A stretch of 64,000 nucleotides of DNA from a bacterium (GTDB lineage: Bacteria; Electryoneota; Electryoneia; Electryoneales; Electryoneaceae), in NCBI GenBank assembly GCA_963669175.1, contig OY769902.1:4320001-4384000 (forward strand), given 5' to 3'. Of this stretch, positions 32,252 through 42,638 are shown in pieces (position 1 is the stretch's first letter; every line of letters begins with the position of its first letter). Under the pieces are notes generated by a model, which saw only the letters and a list, made by a program, of their open reading frames with translations, was not told the DNA's origin and did no database searches. The translations under genes and the position numbers were made by a program.

Positions 32252-32995
32252 TCAACCGCCCTGATTCTGCATCCGAATACGCACCCTGGCAGCCTCGAAA
32301 AGCAGCACAGATGCTGCCGCAGAAACGGATAACGATTCCACATTGTTTTCCAGTGGAATCCGTAACAGGGAATCGCAGGTATTCCTTACACGATCCCCGA
32401 TTCCTTTGCCCTCACTGCCCATCACGATAACCACTCGGTCCGGCCACTCGTAGTCATATAGTGACATGCCCGATTCTCCGGCCGCCCCGGTTATCCACCA
32501 CCCATCCTTTTTCAAAGATGACAGCGCATCGGACATGTTGGACACCTGTATCACCGGCATTTGCATCAGCAGACCGGCTGAGGCTTTAATGACTGTATCG
32601 GTAATCGGTGCGCTACGGCGTGCCGGGATCAGCAGGGCGTCACATCCGGCGCCACGTGCGCTCCGGGCAATCGCCCCGATATGATGCGGATCGGTTACGC
32701 TGTCCAGCGCCATGATCACCCCATATTCCACCGGCGCTGCGTGGGTTCCCAGCTTGGACAAGGATAACAACTGCACGGGAGAAACATCAGCCGCCACTCC
32801 CTGGTGATTGCCGCCGCCCATGATCTTGCTTACCTGTTGCGGCGCGACACGATCAATACGAACCTGGCGACGTTTCGCTTCGTTGATAATATCCCCGATA
32901 ATTCGTCCCTGCGCATTGGTCGCAACCATCAGGCGTTGAACCGGACGATCCGATTGCAGCAATTCCAGAACTGGTTTTCTTCCTATGACTCGCAT
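32252..32995 (-). CDS. rlmB: 23S rRNA G2251 2'-O-methyltransferase
   Basis: NHQGVAA, LDSVTDPHHIGAI, GSEGKG and ESLSVS SPOUT motifs. Confidence 0.92.
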   Translation of the reverse strand: MRVIGRKPVLELLQSDRPVQRLMVATNAQGRIIGDIINEAKRRQVRIDRVAPQQVSKIMGGGNHQGVAADVSPVQLLSLSKLGTHAAPVEYGVIMALDSVTDPHHIGAIARSARGAGCDALLIPARRSAPITDTVIKASAGLLMQMPVIQVSNMSDALSSLKKDGWWITGAAGESGMSLYDYEWPDRVVIVMGSEGKGIGDRVRNTCDSLLRIPLENNVESLSVSAAASVLLFEAARVRIRMQNQGG

Positions 32996-33022
32996 CCGGT
33001 TCTTCCTGGAGTAACGGTTGGA

Positions 33023-33727
33023 TTAAAAATAACTCTCGTCTTCACGTTTCATTTCATCGCTGGATTTGGTTCCTGCCTGTTCTGGGGTAAGCCCCTCCAG
33101 GTTCTTCAGGGTCGGATCAGCGCCATGTTGGAGCAGGATTTTCGCTTCTGTACTCTGTTTCCATTCATCGGGAAAGGTCATGGCCAGCTCGTGCAGGGGT
33201 GTATTGCCTGTACTGTCCACAGCGTTGACATTTGCGCCTTTGTCAATGAGAAATTCAACCATATCGGGCGACTCGTTGATCACTGCATAGAACAACGGCG
33301 TCTGCCCCATGATGGTGGAAGCGTTCACATCCGCGCCATGCTTCAACAGGAGTTCCGCCATATCTTTATAGCCGAAAATGACCGCTTCGAACAGGGGTGT
33401 ACGCATGTCGTTAAAAATGGCGGTGCTGCTTCCCGACGCCTGGGCATTCACGTTCGCGCCGTTCTCAAGCAGCAGCCCGGCCACGCCCAACGCATTGTTT
33501 TCCGCAGCCGTGAAGAGGGGAGTGTGACCGAATTCATTGCGTTGCTCAACGCTCGCGCCCGCTTTGAGCAGACGTTCCGCCTGCTTGGAGTTGTCCTCAG
33601 CCGCCGCTTCGAATAACGGTTGCCCGACCGCTGTCGCAACCTGCAACAACGCTATAAGTGCTGTCAAAAGGTAAAATCGCATGACACGCCTTGCCGTTCT
33701 CGCCGAACAAGTAAAGTACCGCTCCAC
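33023..33727 (-). CDS. Ankyrin repeat protein, probably exported
   Basis: Repeated G.TPL..A...LL..GA.VNA units; hydrophobic N-terminus; true start may be internal. Confidence 0.9.
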   Translation of the reverse strand: MERYFTCSARTARRVMRFYLLTALIALLQVATAVGQPLFEAAAEDNSKQAERLLKAGASVEQRNEFGHTPLFTAAENNALGVAGLLLENGANVNAQASGSSTAIFNDMRTPLFEAVIFGYKDMAELLLKHGADVNASTIMGQTPLFYAVINESPDMVEFLIDKGANVNAVDSTGNTPLHELAMTFPDEWKQSTEAKILLQHGADPTLKNLEGLTPEQAGTKSSDEMKREDESYF

Positions 33728-33860
33728 AGGCAGGAGTACAACCGGGCGTGCTTGAATCAGGAAGCAAGAACTCTAGTGGTTCGAGTATACAAGGAGATAA
33801 ATACATGTATTATCACATCAAACGCAATTCGCGTAAGTGACATTCCAAGTATAAGGCGAG

Positions 33861-33988
33861 AGTTTGAATTTTTATTTGACCATCATAACCTTTTTTGTCT
33901 GTACCTGGCTGTCTGTCTGTACAACGAGGAAATAGGCACCTGACGCCCAAGTCGACATATCTACTACATACTCATTCTTTGTTGAAGG
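33861..33988. repeat. 128-bp direct repeat, copy 1 (identical to 37679-37806)
   Basis: Base-by-base identity over the 3' end of both paralogues plus 11 bp downstream. Confidence 0.9.
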
Positions 33989-36160
33989 CAGATCCATCTC
34001 GCGTACCAGTTTCCCTACGACATTGTATATTTTTGCCTTCGCAGGTTTGTTGCCTGGGAGATTGTAAGTTATCGTCAAACTTGCATTGAATGGATTGGGA
34101 TAAGCATCAAAGAGAAACATACCAGGCTGCGCTTTGGTTTCGTAATTGGGTACTGATAGGCTCGATATTGGCAAACGATACATTCCAATTGCAGTTGATA
34201 CCCATATTTGGCAATTTATTTCATCGAAATAGATTTCTTCAATCTTGTGCGTGTGATTGGGATGCGGAAATGACTCTTGAAGTACGTGCCAAGTAACTCC
34301 GTAATCTTCACTAAACCATATGTCAGAAAATCCATTAGCGACAAGGACTGTATCTTCTCCTCTTACTGCAGAAATAATGGAATACGTGTTATATGGATAT
34401 TCTCCTTGTATGCTCCACTCACCTTCATGATATCGCCAGTATAGACTGTCACTGCGTACATAAATATCATTATCCGCTCTCATAACAGGCGAAGCTATCC
34501 AGCCAAGATATGAACCCGGATGGTTAGTTTCCTGCCAACTGACGCCATTGTCATAGGATAAATAAATATCGTTTGCGCCGGAACAACATAGTATGTCGTC
34601 TCCTTCTACGAGACGATAAGGGAAGTCGCTATTAGGCAAACTTGATTGCCGCCATTGCTGTCCATAATCACTTGACACCCATAATCCAAGTGGATTAGAT
34701 GAGCTAAAATAAAAATATGTTGTATCTTGGAATAAATAGCTCCACATATATCCATTGTTTGCGATAAATGGGATCTCTGAATATTGCCTCCATGATTCTC
34801 CCATATCACTCGATATTATCATACTATAATAGTTATCCGCAGTATAAAACGGACGTCTATATTGATATGCTATGATTGTATCCTCTACCGCATAGAGAAT
34901 TGGACCAGACATACAAATTGTGTCTATAGCAGTGGGAACAGCAATTTCTTGCCAATCGTTTTCAATGCTCTCTTTAAACCAACAGCGAGTTGAAATATCT
35001 CTGAAATAATATGAAGCGCCAAATTGATATAGCTCGCCTGGCGATCCCAGAGATGGCCCCTGAATCTCCTCCCAGTTTTCTCCGTGATTATTGGAACGAT
35101 ACACACCGCCACCTTCCAAAGCCAAATAGATGTCACCTGAAAATCTATTTTGCCATATACTATTCGTATACGACACATTTGAAGGCAATCCATTAGTTAG
35201 TCGATCCCAAGTATAGCCACTATCAATGGATTTATATACTCCATGTTTTTGCCTTCCTATCAACAATATTACATTTGATTGATATCTATCCACCAACATT
35301 TTATAAGGTAAATATCTTGGTGCAACATTACTGAATATTCTTTCCCATGTATCGCCATTATTCTCTGTTAAAAATATATTGCCAGTATCCCACTCATCTA
35401 TATATTGAGTATAATAACCACATGCTAATATTCTTACTGAATCAAGTTTTACTATATCCATACATCTAAAACTCTCTATTCCATACAAGCTATAAATATC
35501 GATCATATTTGACCACGTTTCACCATCATCATCACTACGCATAAACCCATTAATTCTATCTGGATATTCTGTATTATATCTATAATTAGCGCAATAATAA
35601 TGTTCTTGATATTCACTATTATATGAATAGTTATTCTTTTGTACATAGTATTCAAACTCTTCTTGTACTTGCCATTCTTCTCTTCCATTTTCTGTTAATG
35701 CGAAATAATAATCACTTAAGTAATACCATTTATCTGGATCATTTTCATCAATGACTATATGTTCTTTTGTTGATGTATATTCAATAAAACTTTCATCCAT
35801 CGCTTCCCAACTATACCCGCCGTCACAACTAATAGCTATTAAGGGATTATCATTGCTAATTATTTCTAAAATAATTGTATCACCATTTGCATCATATAAT
35901 AATCCACCAGATATATTTCCCGTATAATATTCAATATTAATAGGATCCCAGTTTGATCCACCATCATTGGTTAACCAAAATCCCGATCCTGAGATGCCAG
36001 CAATTTCTCTTGTATTTCCTGAGTCTGCGACAAATAATGCAAATCCTGGATATCCTACATATTCTGATATCCATTCTGAATGCGATAGACTACATATAAG
36101 TAATAGCATCAAACTTATAAGCATCGTTTTAACTATCAATGAAGATCTTTCAAAATTCAT
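33872..36160 (-). CDS. Secreted BNR/Asp-box beta-propeller protein with C-terminal sorting domain (paralogue 1)
   Basis: Many S.D.G.(T/S)W Asp boxes; YPNPFN...KKVMMVK; start taken at MNFERSS; AT-rich. Confidence 0.85.
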   Translation of the reverse strand: MNFERSSLIVKTMLISLMLLLICSLSHSEWISEYVGYPGFALFVADSGNTREIAGISGSGFWLTNDGGSNWDPINIEYYTGNISGGLLYDANGDTIILEIISNDNPLIAISCDGGYSWEAMDESFIEYTSTKEHIVIDENDPDKWYYLSDYYFALTENGREEWQVQEEFEYYVQKNNYSYNSEYQEHYYCANYRYNTEYPDRINGFMRSDDDGETWSNMIDIYSLYGIESFRCMDIVKLDSVRILACGYYTQYIDEWDTGNIFLTENNGDTWERIFSNVAPRYLPYKMLVDRYQSNVILLIGRQKHGVYKSIDSGYTWDRLTNGLPSNVSYTNSIWQNRFSGDIYLALEGGGVYRSNNHGENWEEIQGPSLGSPGELYQFGASYYFRDISTRCWFKESIENDWQEIAVPTAIDTICMSGPILYAVEDTIIAYQYRRPFYTADNYYSMIISSDMGESWRQYSEIPFIANNGYMWSYLFQDTTYFYFSSSNPLGLWVSSDYGQQWRQSSLPNSDFPYRLVEGDDILCCSGANDIYLSYDNGVSWQETNHPGSYLGWIASPVMRADNDIYVRSDSLYWRYHEGEWSIQGEYPYNTYSIISAVRGEDTVLVANGFSDIWFSEDYGVTWHVLQESFPHPNHTHKIEEIYFDEINCQIWVSTAIGMYRLPISSLSVPNYETKAQPGMFLFDAYPNPFNASLTITYNLPGNKPAKAKIYNVVGKLVREMDLPSTKNEYVVDMSTWASGAYFLVVQTDSQVQTKKVMMVK

Positions 36161-36241
36161 CTCAACTTCCTCAAGTTTTACAACCCTGGCAATTATTCTA
36201 TCATATTTATGAATCAACTATTACAAAATAATAAATAGATA

Positions 36242-36291
36242 TTATAGGATAATCATGCACAATAGTTCTATTCTGCATGATTATCCTATAA
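36242..36291. repeat. Near-perfect 50-bp palindrome
   Basis: TTATAGGATAATCATGCA / TGCATGATTATCCTATAA arms plus inner AATAG/CTATT. Confidence 0.8.
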
Positions 36292-36348
36292 CAAGATTAT
36301 TATTTATCCATATATACTATACTTATAAGTATAGTACAATAATAACAT

Positions 36349-36393
36349 TTAATTTGTATCACCACTATTATAATCAGGTATCCAACCTTCAGC
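36349..36393 (-). pseudogene. 3' remnant of a paralogue of the 40115 small secreted protein, cut by IS3
   Basis: Reads AEGWIPDYNSGDTN* versus ACGWMSPGYASSPTN* of 40115; same position relative to a BNR gene; ends exactly at the IS3 boundary. Confidence 0.55.
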
Positions 36394-36455
36394 TGAAGAG
36401 GATCCCGTAGTTTGGAGAGGTCTTCATCAGTTTTAAGTGATGGTTCCTGTTTGGG

Positions 36456-37283
36456 TCATGCTGCTTCTGTTCGTTGTGTTTGCCAGTATACTTGATCTGG
36501 GGTTCGACCTTTCAGCGCCTGGTGAGGTCGCTTTTCGTTGTAGAATGTAAAATACTCTCCAATACCCTTTTCTGCCTCACGCAAGGTCTCGTAACATTTC
36601 AGATACACATCCTCATGTTTCAGGGATCGCCACAGACGCTCGATGAACCGATTGTCTACCCAGCGACCTTTGCCGTCCATGCTGATCTTAATCCCTTCAT
36701 CCTGCAACCGTGACGTAAACGCCACGCTGGTAAACTGTGCGCCCTGATCAGTATTGAAAATTTCCGGTGCGCCATATTTCGCCAACGCTTCGTTCAACGC
36801 GTCCACGCAAAACAGGTGATCCATCGTGTTGCTCAGCCGCCAGGACAGCACTTTACGGCTGTGCCAATCCATGATCGCCACCAAATATCCGAAGCCTCGT
36901 GCAAGCGGAATGTACGTGATATCAGTACACCAAACCTGATTGGGACGGTCAATCGTCAACCCACGCAACAGGTAGGGAAAGATCGTATGTCCCGGTGCGG
37001 GGTGACTGGTGCGTTTCTTCTTCGGATACACCGTATAGATCCCCAGGATACGCATCAGACGACGCACCTTCTTCCGGCAGATCTTGTACCCTTCGCCACG
37101 CAACAGGTCACGCAACATCCGTGACCCCGCGAAAGGATAAACCAAGTGCAACTCATCCAACCGGCGCAACAGCGTCAAATCTCGCTCCTTCAACGGTTTC
37201 GGCCTGTAATACGCCGTTGATCGAGGAACAGACAGCAAGGCACACTGCTTCGTGACCGGGAGTGTCTCGGTGGGCGTGATCAT
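36456..37283 (-). CDS. IS3 transposase OrfB (DDE/rve)
   Basis: [30 protein letters not shown] and RPHQAL motifs. Confidence 0.95.
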   Translation of the reverse strand: MITPTETLPVTKQCALLSVPRSTAYYRPKPLKERDLTLLRRLDELHLVYPFAGSRMLRDLLRGEGYKICRKKVRRLMRILGIYTVYPKKKRTSHPAPGHTIFPYLLRGLTIDRPNQVWCTDITYIPLARGFGYLVAIMDWHSRKVLSWRLSNTMDHLFCVDALNEALAKYGAPEIFNTDQGAQFTSVAFTSRLQDEGIKISMDGKGRWVDNRFIERLWRSLKHEDVYLKCYETLREAEKGIGEYFTFYNEKRPHQALKGRTPDQVYWQTQRTEAA

Positions 37284-37588
37284 CGTTTTACGCTCGGCCT
37301 TGCCCCAGGTCCGAGCACACGTGATAAAAAATCACGTTCCATCGTCAACTGACCGATCTTGGCATGCAGCTCCTTGATCTCTGCGGCGGTATCATCCTGA
37401 TGCACACCACGTTTGCCAGCGAAAAGACCTTCCGCCTGCTCAAGCAACTGCTTCTTCCATTGTACGATCTGGTTGGGGTGAACATCGAACTGCGAGGCCA
37501 GTTCCGAAATCGTCTTGTCACCCTTGACGGCAGCAAGCGCTACCGATGCCTTGAACTGTGCGGTTAACTTTCTGCGGGATCGCTTCAT
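37280..37588 (-). CDS. IS3 transposase OrfA
   Basis: FKASVAL...ELASQFDVHPNQIVQWKK HTH; KIGQL..ERDFL with a T6 tract as possible frameshift site. Confidence 0.93.
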   Translation of the reverse strand: MKRSRRKLTAQFKASVALAAVKGDKTISELASQFDVHPNQIVQWKKQLLEQAEGLFAGKRGVHQDDTAAEIKELHAKIGQLTMERDFLSRVLGPGARPSVKR

Positions 37589-37678
37589 CTTCCGCTCCTT
37601 CCGAAGAACCTACGGTCCTTCAATGTAGGGCGGAACCATCAACTAATACACTGTCCAGTTTTTGGGCCCCTCTTTAAA

Positions 37679-37806
37679 AGTTTGAATTTTTATTTGACCA
37701 TCATAACCTTTTTTGTCTGTACCTGGCTGTCTGTCTGTACAACGAGGAAATAGGCACCTGACGCCCAAGTCGACATATCTACTACATACTCATTCTTTGT
37801 TGAAGG
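37679..37806. repeat. 128-bp direct repeat, copy 2 (identical to 33861-33988)
   Basis: Base-by-base identity. Confidence 0.9.
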
Positions 37807-39960
37807 AAGGTCAATTTCTTTAACCAATTTTCCTACGACGTTATAAATTCTTGCTTTCGCCGGCTTACTGTTTGGAAGATTATAAGTTATTGTCAAACTA
37901 GCGTTAAAGGGATTAGGATAAGCATCAAACAGAAAAACATCCGGCTGAACAGATGCTTGCTTTTCTGGCATAGAGAGGTTTGAAATTGGTAAATGACACA
38001 ATCCTATGGATGTTGATATCCAGATTTGCTCGGCGTTTTCATCAAAATAGATTCTTTCTATCATATGTGTATGGCCCGGATAAGGAAATGGCTCATCCAA
38101 CACATGCCAACTAGCGCCATAATTGTCACTTAACCATATTTTATCAAAACCGTTCGCGACAAAAACCGTATCTTCATCTCGAGGTACAGCTATGGTGGTA
38201 TATGTATCATAAGGATATTCACCCTGCACAGACCAGGTATTGTTGTGCCATCGCCAATACAAATCATCACTTCGCACAAAAATTTCATCATCATTAATCA
38301 TGATAGGTGAAGAAGGCCAACCGAGATACGAACCAGGGTGATTTGTAGCTTCCCAACTCTCGCAATTATCATAAGACAAATAGATATCTCGATTTCCAAC
38401 ACGGCAAATTACTGAATCGCCAACTACTAAACGAGAAGCATAATCATTATCTGCAAAATCCGATCTTCTCCAGGTCAAACCTAAATCGCTCGATATCATT
38501 AACCCAACAGGATCCATTGTACTTGCATAAATATAGGTACTATCACCATACTCTTCCTGCCATATATACGCATCGCTAGTATAAAACGGTGTTTCTACAT
38601 ATGGCGTCCAAGATTCTCCACCATCCGTCGAAATAATGAAGTTTACAATGTCAACAGGATCATAAAATGGACGTTGATAATAACGTGCGATCAATGTATC
38701 CCCTCCGGCAAACAGCAATGGCCACATTGTGCACAGCGTGTCTTGAGCCACTGGAAGCGCGATTTCATGCCAATCTCCTTCAATTCCAGTCTTTTTCCAT
38801 ACTTGTTTTGATTCATGGAGACAATAATAGTCGTTATCATAGAACAACATATTTCCCGGAGAACCTAAGTTCGGTGCAGATATAAGCTCCCATTCTTCGC
38901 TCACGGTTGTCTTGAAAAAACCTCCAAAGCCATTTGCTGCCAGGTATATTGTTCCGGAAAACCGATTCTGCCAGATAGATCCTGTTCTGAATACGTTTTC
39001 AGGAAGTCCCTGTAAAACCCTGCTCCAATGATATCCGCCATCTTCAGATTTGTATATTCCAAATTTTTGATCTCCTATCATGTATATATCATTGGGTGCA
39101 AAATCCAACAGTAATTTTTCCGGCATAAACCGTTGTGCCACTCCACCGAATATTCTCTCCCATGATTCGCCATTATTCTCCGAAATGAAGACATTGCCAT
39201 CATCCCATCCATCCGCATACGACAGTGGACTGCCACATAGCACAATTATATTTTCAGATAATTTTATTACATCTTTAAAATTATAATCATCATTACCAAA
39301 CAACTCATGCATATTAAATATGTTTTCCCAACTTCCTCCATTATCATTACTTCGTGAAACACCTTCCATATAATTAGGATCTTGTCCAGTATATATATAA
39401 ATTGAAGTAATAAACAATTCATCTGTTTGAGAGCATAATATTAGCGATTCCTTTTGATTATATGTATTGTCTGTATACAATATATTCCAACTTTCCCCAC
39501 CATCCTGCGATCTTGCAAAATACTGATCATTAAGAAAATACCATTGATCAGGATTGTTTGTATCTATGATGAGATGTTCACCGGCAATATTAAAGCCCGC
39601 ACCGCTGAAGGATTCCTGCATAACAGACCACGATTCACCGCCATTAAAACTCAGGAAAGTCAGCGAATCGTGATTAGCAGTGATCTGAAGAAATAGTGTA
39701 TCACCATTGGCATCATACATATCGATATTGGTAAGCGATCCCATATAGCTGGAAAAATGAACAGGCGACCAGTTTTGCCCTCCATCTTCAGTCATCCAGA
39801 TCCCTGACCCCATTATTTCAGCCAGTATTTTCTCTCCACTGGAATCAGCGACAATGAAATCAAAGTTGGGTCCACCAAAAGGATCTAAAACCCATGAAGC
39901 CTTTGCATAACAACTGATAATCAGGACTATCATCAATGACAAATGGTATTTCAATTTCAC
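37690..39960 (-). CDS. Secreted BNR/Asp-box beta-propeller protein with C-terminal sorting domain (paralogue 2)
   Basis: GGAGG RBS, signal peptide and Asp boxes; colinear with 33872-36160. Confidence 0.88.
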   Translation of the reverse strand: MKLKYHLSLMIVLIISCYAKASWVLDPFGGPNFDFIVADSSGEKILAEIMGSGIWMTEDGGQNWSPVHFSSYMGSLTNIDMYDANGDTLFLQITANHDSLTFLSFNGGESWSVMQESFSGAGFNIAGEHLIIDTNNPDQWYFLNDQYFARSQDGGESWNILYTDNTYNQKESLILCSQTDELFITSIYIYTGQDPNYMEGVSRSNDNGGSWENIFNMHELFGNDDYNFKDVIKLSENIIVLCGSPLSYADGWDDGNVFISENNGESWERIFGGVAQRFMPEKLLLDFAPNDIYMIGDQKFGIYKSEDGGYHWSRVLQGLPENVFRTGSIWQNRFSGTIYLAANGFGGFFKTTVSEEWELISAPNLGSPGNMLFYDNDYYCLHESKQVWKKTGIEGDWHEIALPVAQDTLCTMWPLLFAGGDTLIARYYQRPFYDPVDIVNFIISTDGGESWTPYVETPFYTSDAYIWQEEYGDSTYIYASTMDPVGLMISSDLGLTWRRSDFADNDYASRLVVGDSVICRVGNRDIYLSYDNCESWEATNHPGSYLGWPSSPIMINDDEIFVRSDDLYWRWHNNTWSVQGEYPYDTYTTIAVPRDEDTVFVANGFDKIWLSDNYGASWHVLDEPFPYPGHTHMIERIYFDENAEQIWISTSIGLCHLPISNLSMPEKQASVQPDVFLFDAYPNPFNASLTITYNLPNSKPAKARIYNVVGKLVKEIDLPSTKNEYVVDMSTWASGAYFLVVQTDSQVQTKKVMMVK

Positions 39961-40114
39961 GCCTCCTCCAATGACTATGCTTAAGTATTATGATGTTATA
40001 TGAGAATTATTATATACATATATATATGACACTTATAGCGATCTAAAATAACATTCTACTAAAATCATGAATAGTATTTGACCGCTATAAGTATCATATT
40101 TATAATATTAGGTC

Positions 40115-40622
40115 TTAATTTGTTGGTGATGATGCATATCCCGGTGACATCCAACCACATGCGTCATGTATTGAATAAGATGCGGACCCAAAATAACATT
40201 GACCAGAATTTTCTGATATTTCTACATAGAATATTGTTAATCCACCAGATAAATCGACACTTTGTCTCACTTCATAGTATGGATTAGCCATACTTCTAGC
40301 TTGGGATTCAGTAATCGTCAACTTATTCCGTTCATTAGGATATAAATATCCTTTAATTGCTTCTGAATCGCTCGAATTTTGCTCATCTAATCGAAACCAA
40401 TCAAGTCTGATAGTGGCTGTTGCATCTTCTGGTCCCAACACCATATAGATAGATTGATCAGAAACAGTGTTTACCCCAGCTATCCCTGCAACAGAAGCTC
40501 CTCCGATATAACTACACTCCCACCATACCGGAAGTGGCTCTTGTTCATCACCGGAGAATTGTGCATTGGCAAAACCTAACATCAAAAAAAAACATCACTG
40601 TACTAATGATTACGACTCTCAT
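40115..40622 (-). pseudogene. Small secreted protein, frameshifted at a T9 tract in the signal peptide
   Basis: AGGAGG RBS plus ATG at 40622; T9 at 40584-40592 puts it out of frame, while T8 gives MRVVIISTVMFFLMLGFANAQ joined to ORF 40115-40585. Confidence 0.7.
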
Positions 40623-40864
40623 CTTACACCTCCTGAATTAGTTTACAGATACATGTATAAACTGTATATACTTTTATGAATAGTCAAGTCTCTGGAGAGT
40701 CACATTTAACTTGAAATAGGTATAATAGTTTTACTCAAGAAAAGAATATTGATATGATACAATACCATTATTCTTATCTGTTGACAAATTTAAATGCTGT
40801 CTAATCTAATAAACAGACTGAAAAGCATGCCATAATAAAACCAGGGAAAGATAAAACAAGGGAC

Positions 40865-41478
40865 AGGGCATGGCCGGGCTACTCTGCATTAGTACGGGCA
40901 TCAATATACAAAGAGATCGGGTGGCCCGATTTTGCCCTGTGATGATGATGGTGATGCTGTTGTCGTACTTGATGATTCGGGAACAGGGCTTTCTCGCATA
41001 TCGTACTCAGATAGGCAAAGTCGGGATTGTAACAAAATCTGCCAATCAAACATTGGTCCTAATAGTGAACATCGCAACAATCCCGACTTGCCTCCTAAAA
41101 GCGTCTCAGACACAACCCTTCTGGCAATATACATAAGCATTCAAGAAAGTCAGCATCACAACATGGCAAATCGGGCCACCCAGCCGGGACATGATCGGGT
41201 ACTCTAAGGAATAGATATCACAATCGATCTCTGTCCCGATGCGCTCATAACTGTATTCTGTGTCAGGGTTTCCCCAGAGTATTTGAGGATGCCGTTCTAA
41301 AGGAAACAGGTTCAGTTGCAGAACGGGCCACCCAGGCTCCCGACTTGCTCATCATCCACATCACAGGCCTACGACTCACAAATATTGTCATCACATCGAG
41401 AGGATCGTACTACACTTCCGGCAAATCGGGCCATGCACTCTTTTGCGGTACTGTTAGAAACGTACAGGGCCACCCGTC
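40865..41478. repeat. Cluster of GGGCCACCC / AAATCGGGCCA short repeats
   Basis: Copies at about 40916 (inverted), 41168, 41325, 41423 and 41467; another inverted copy at about 45422. Confidence 0.55.
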
Positions 41479-41507
41479 TGAGGTAAATAAACAGGCATCT
41501 CTTTGCA

Positions 41508-41753
41508 GAAAATGGGGACTGTTACACTTTTACGCCAATGAATTGGCAAGAATTACAAATAATAGTTGATATACATACCTGATTACGTGTTATCCGAGAA
41601 AACTTATTGCGAAAAAGGTAACTGTACCAACATTTTCGTATATAAGCTAATCAAGCTGGAAAAAGCGAAAAATTCGGTACAGATACCTTTTCATCAATAC
41701 TTATTGAGACTGTCCTGCATTTGAGGATATGAAAAGGTATCAGTCCCATTTTT
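41508..41753. repeat. Four REP-like palindromes; inverted copy of the ends of the 12046-12614 cluster
   Basis: Reverse complement of about 41620-41753 closely matches 12046-12180; 41508-41620 partly matches 12500-12614. Confidence 0.8.
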
Positions 41754-41801
41754 CACTTCTTTATCCACTTGAACATGTCCCCCTCTCATGCAGAGCACAA
41801 G

Positions 41802-41828
41802 AAAAAAGCCGCCCGGAAAGAGGCGGCT
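41802..41828 (-). terminator. Terminator of the cold-shock gene
   Basis: AGCCGCC...GGCGGCT hairpin with a T6 tail on the minus strand. Confidence 0.7.
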
Positions 41829-41869
41829 CTAAACCCTGAAAGGGCGGATAAGTCAATCAACTGACTGCA

Positions 41870-42079
41870 TTACCCAACTCGTCTGACGTTCTTTGCTGAC
41901 GGTCCCTTGGGGCCCTGATCCATCTCGAACTCAACTTCTTCGCTCTCGGTCAGCGTCTTGAAACCGTCACCGGTAATCGCGCTGAAGTGAACAAACACAT
42001 CCTGTCCACCTTCGACCTCGAGGAAGCCGAATCCCTTTTTCTCGTCAAACCATTTCACTTTGCCGTTCATCTGGAACAT
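41870..42079 (-). CDS. cspA: Cold-shock protein
   Basis: [14 protein letters not shown] and DVFVHFSAI (RNP1/RNP2); start may be at 42070. Confidence 0.95.
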   Translation of the reverse strand: MFQMNGKVKWFDEKKGFGFLEVEGGQDVFVHFSAITGDGFKTLTESEEVEFEMDQGPKGPSAKNVRRVG

Positions 42080-42191
42080 GACCTTTCGTTAGAAAATCCG
42101 CTCGACATCCCTTTGGTGAACTTCTGCTGTTGTTGGTAACACCTGGACATATCAGCCAAAAAATAACAGGTACAACCTATCGAAAACTTCC

Positions 42192-42626
42192 CTACGCTTT
42201 TTTCTTGATCATGGTTAAAATCTTGTCGCCATTTTCTTCAACATGATATTCAACTTCATCCATAAGTTGTTTTACGAAGAAAATACCGAGGCCGCCGATG
42301 GAGCGTTCTTCCAGCGGCGCATCGGGGTCCGGCTCACGCACATTATCATAATCAAATGGCTTCCCACGCTCCCGCAAGCAAATCAGCAATTGATCTTCCT
42401 GTTCTTCCACTGTCAGGGAGAACGATTTGGACGGGTCTTTTTCAAGACCGTGTACGATCGTATTGGTGCAGGCTTCATCCACTGCCACCTGCACATCCGA
42501 AGCAGCCGTGTCATCAAGCCCAACACGATCACTCGCTTCCGCCACGAGCTGGCCAATGTCCGCCAGGATCGCGGTATCCGCCGGGAACTGGTACGTTTTA
42601 GTCATACGATGCCATCCGTTCCACAC
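42192..42626 (-). CDS. Anti-sigma factor / Ser kinase (RsbW-like HATPase)
   Basis: AVDEACTNTIVHG, GKPFD and GGLGIFFVKQLMDEV motifs. Confidence 0.92.
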   Translation of the reverse strand: MWNGWHRMTKTYQFPADTAILADIGQLVAEASDRVGLDDTAASDVQVAVDEACTNTIVHGLEKDPSKSFSLTVEEQEDQLLICLRERGKPFDYDNVREPDPDAPLEERSIGGLGIFFVKQLMDEVEYHVEENGDKILTMIKKKA

Positions 42627-42638
42627 CGTAATGGTGTT

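Larger units (their letters stand above)
36394..37676 (-). mobile_element. IS3-family insertion sequence
   Basis: orfA/orfB pair; imperfect TIRs TGAAGAGGATCCC...TGGAGAG and TAAAGAGGGGCCC...TGGACAG; no target duplication seen. Confidence 0.9.

Noticed and set aside
36391-37680. Target-site duplication for IS3
   Set aside because: Flanks AGC and AAAG do not match.
33861-37806. DGR TR/VR pair
   Set aside because: The repeats are identical, with no adenine-specific differences, and both are coding.
40870-41569. Short ORFs in the repeat-rich intergenic region (also 11839-12548)
   Set aside because: No RBS or motifs; they overlap REP-like repeats.
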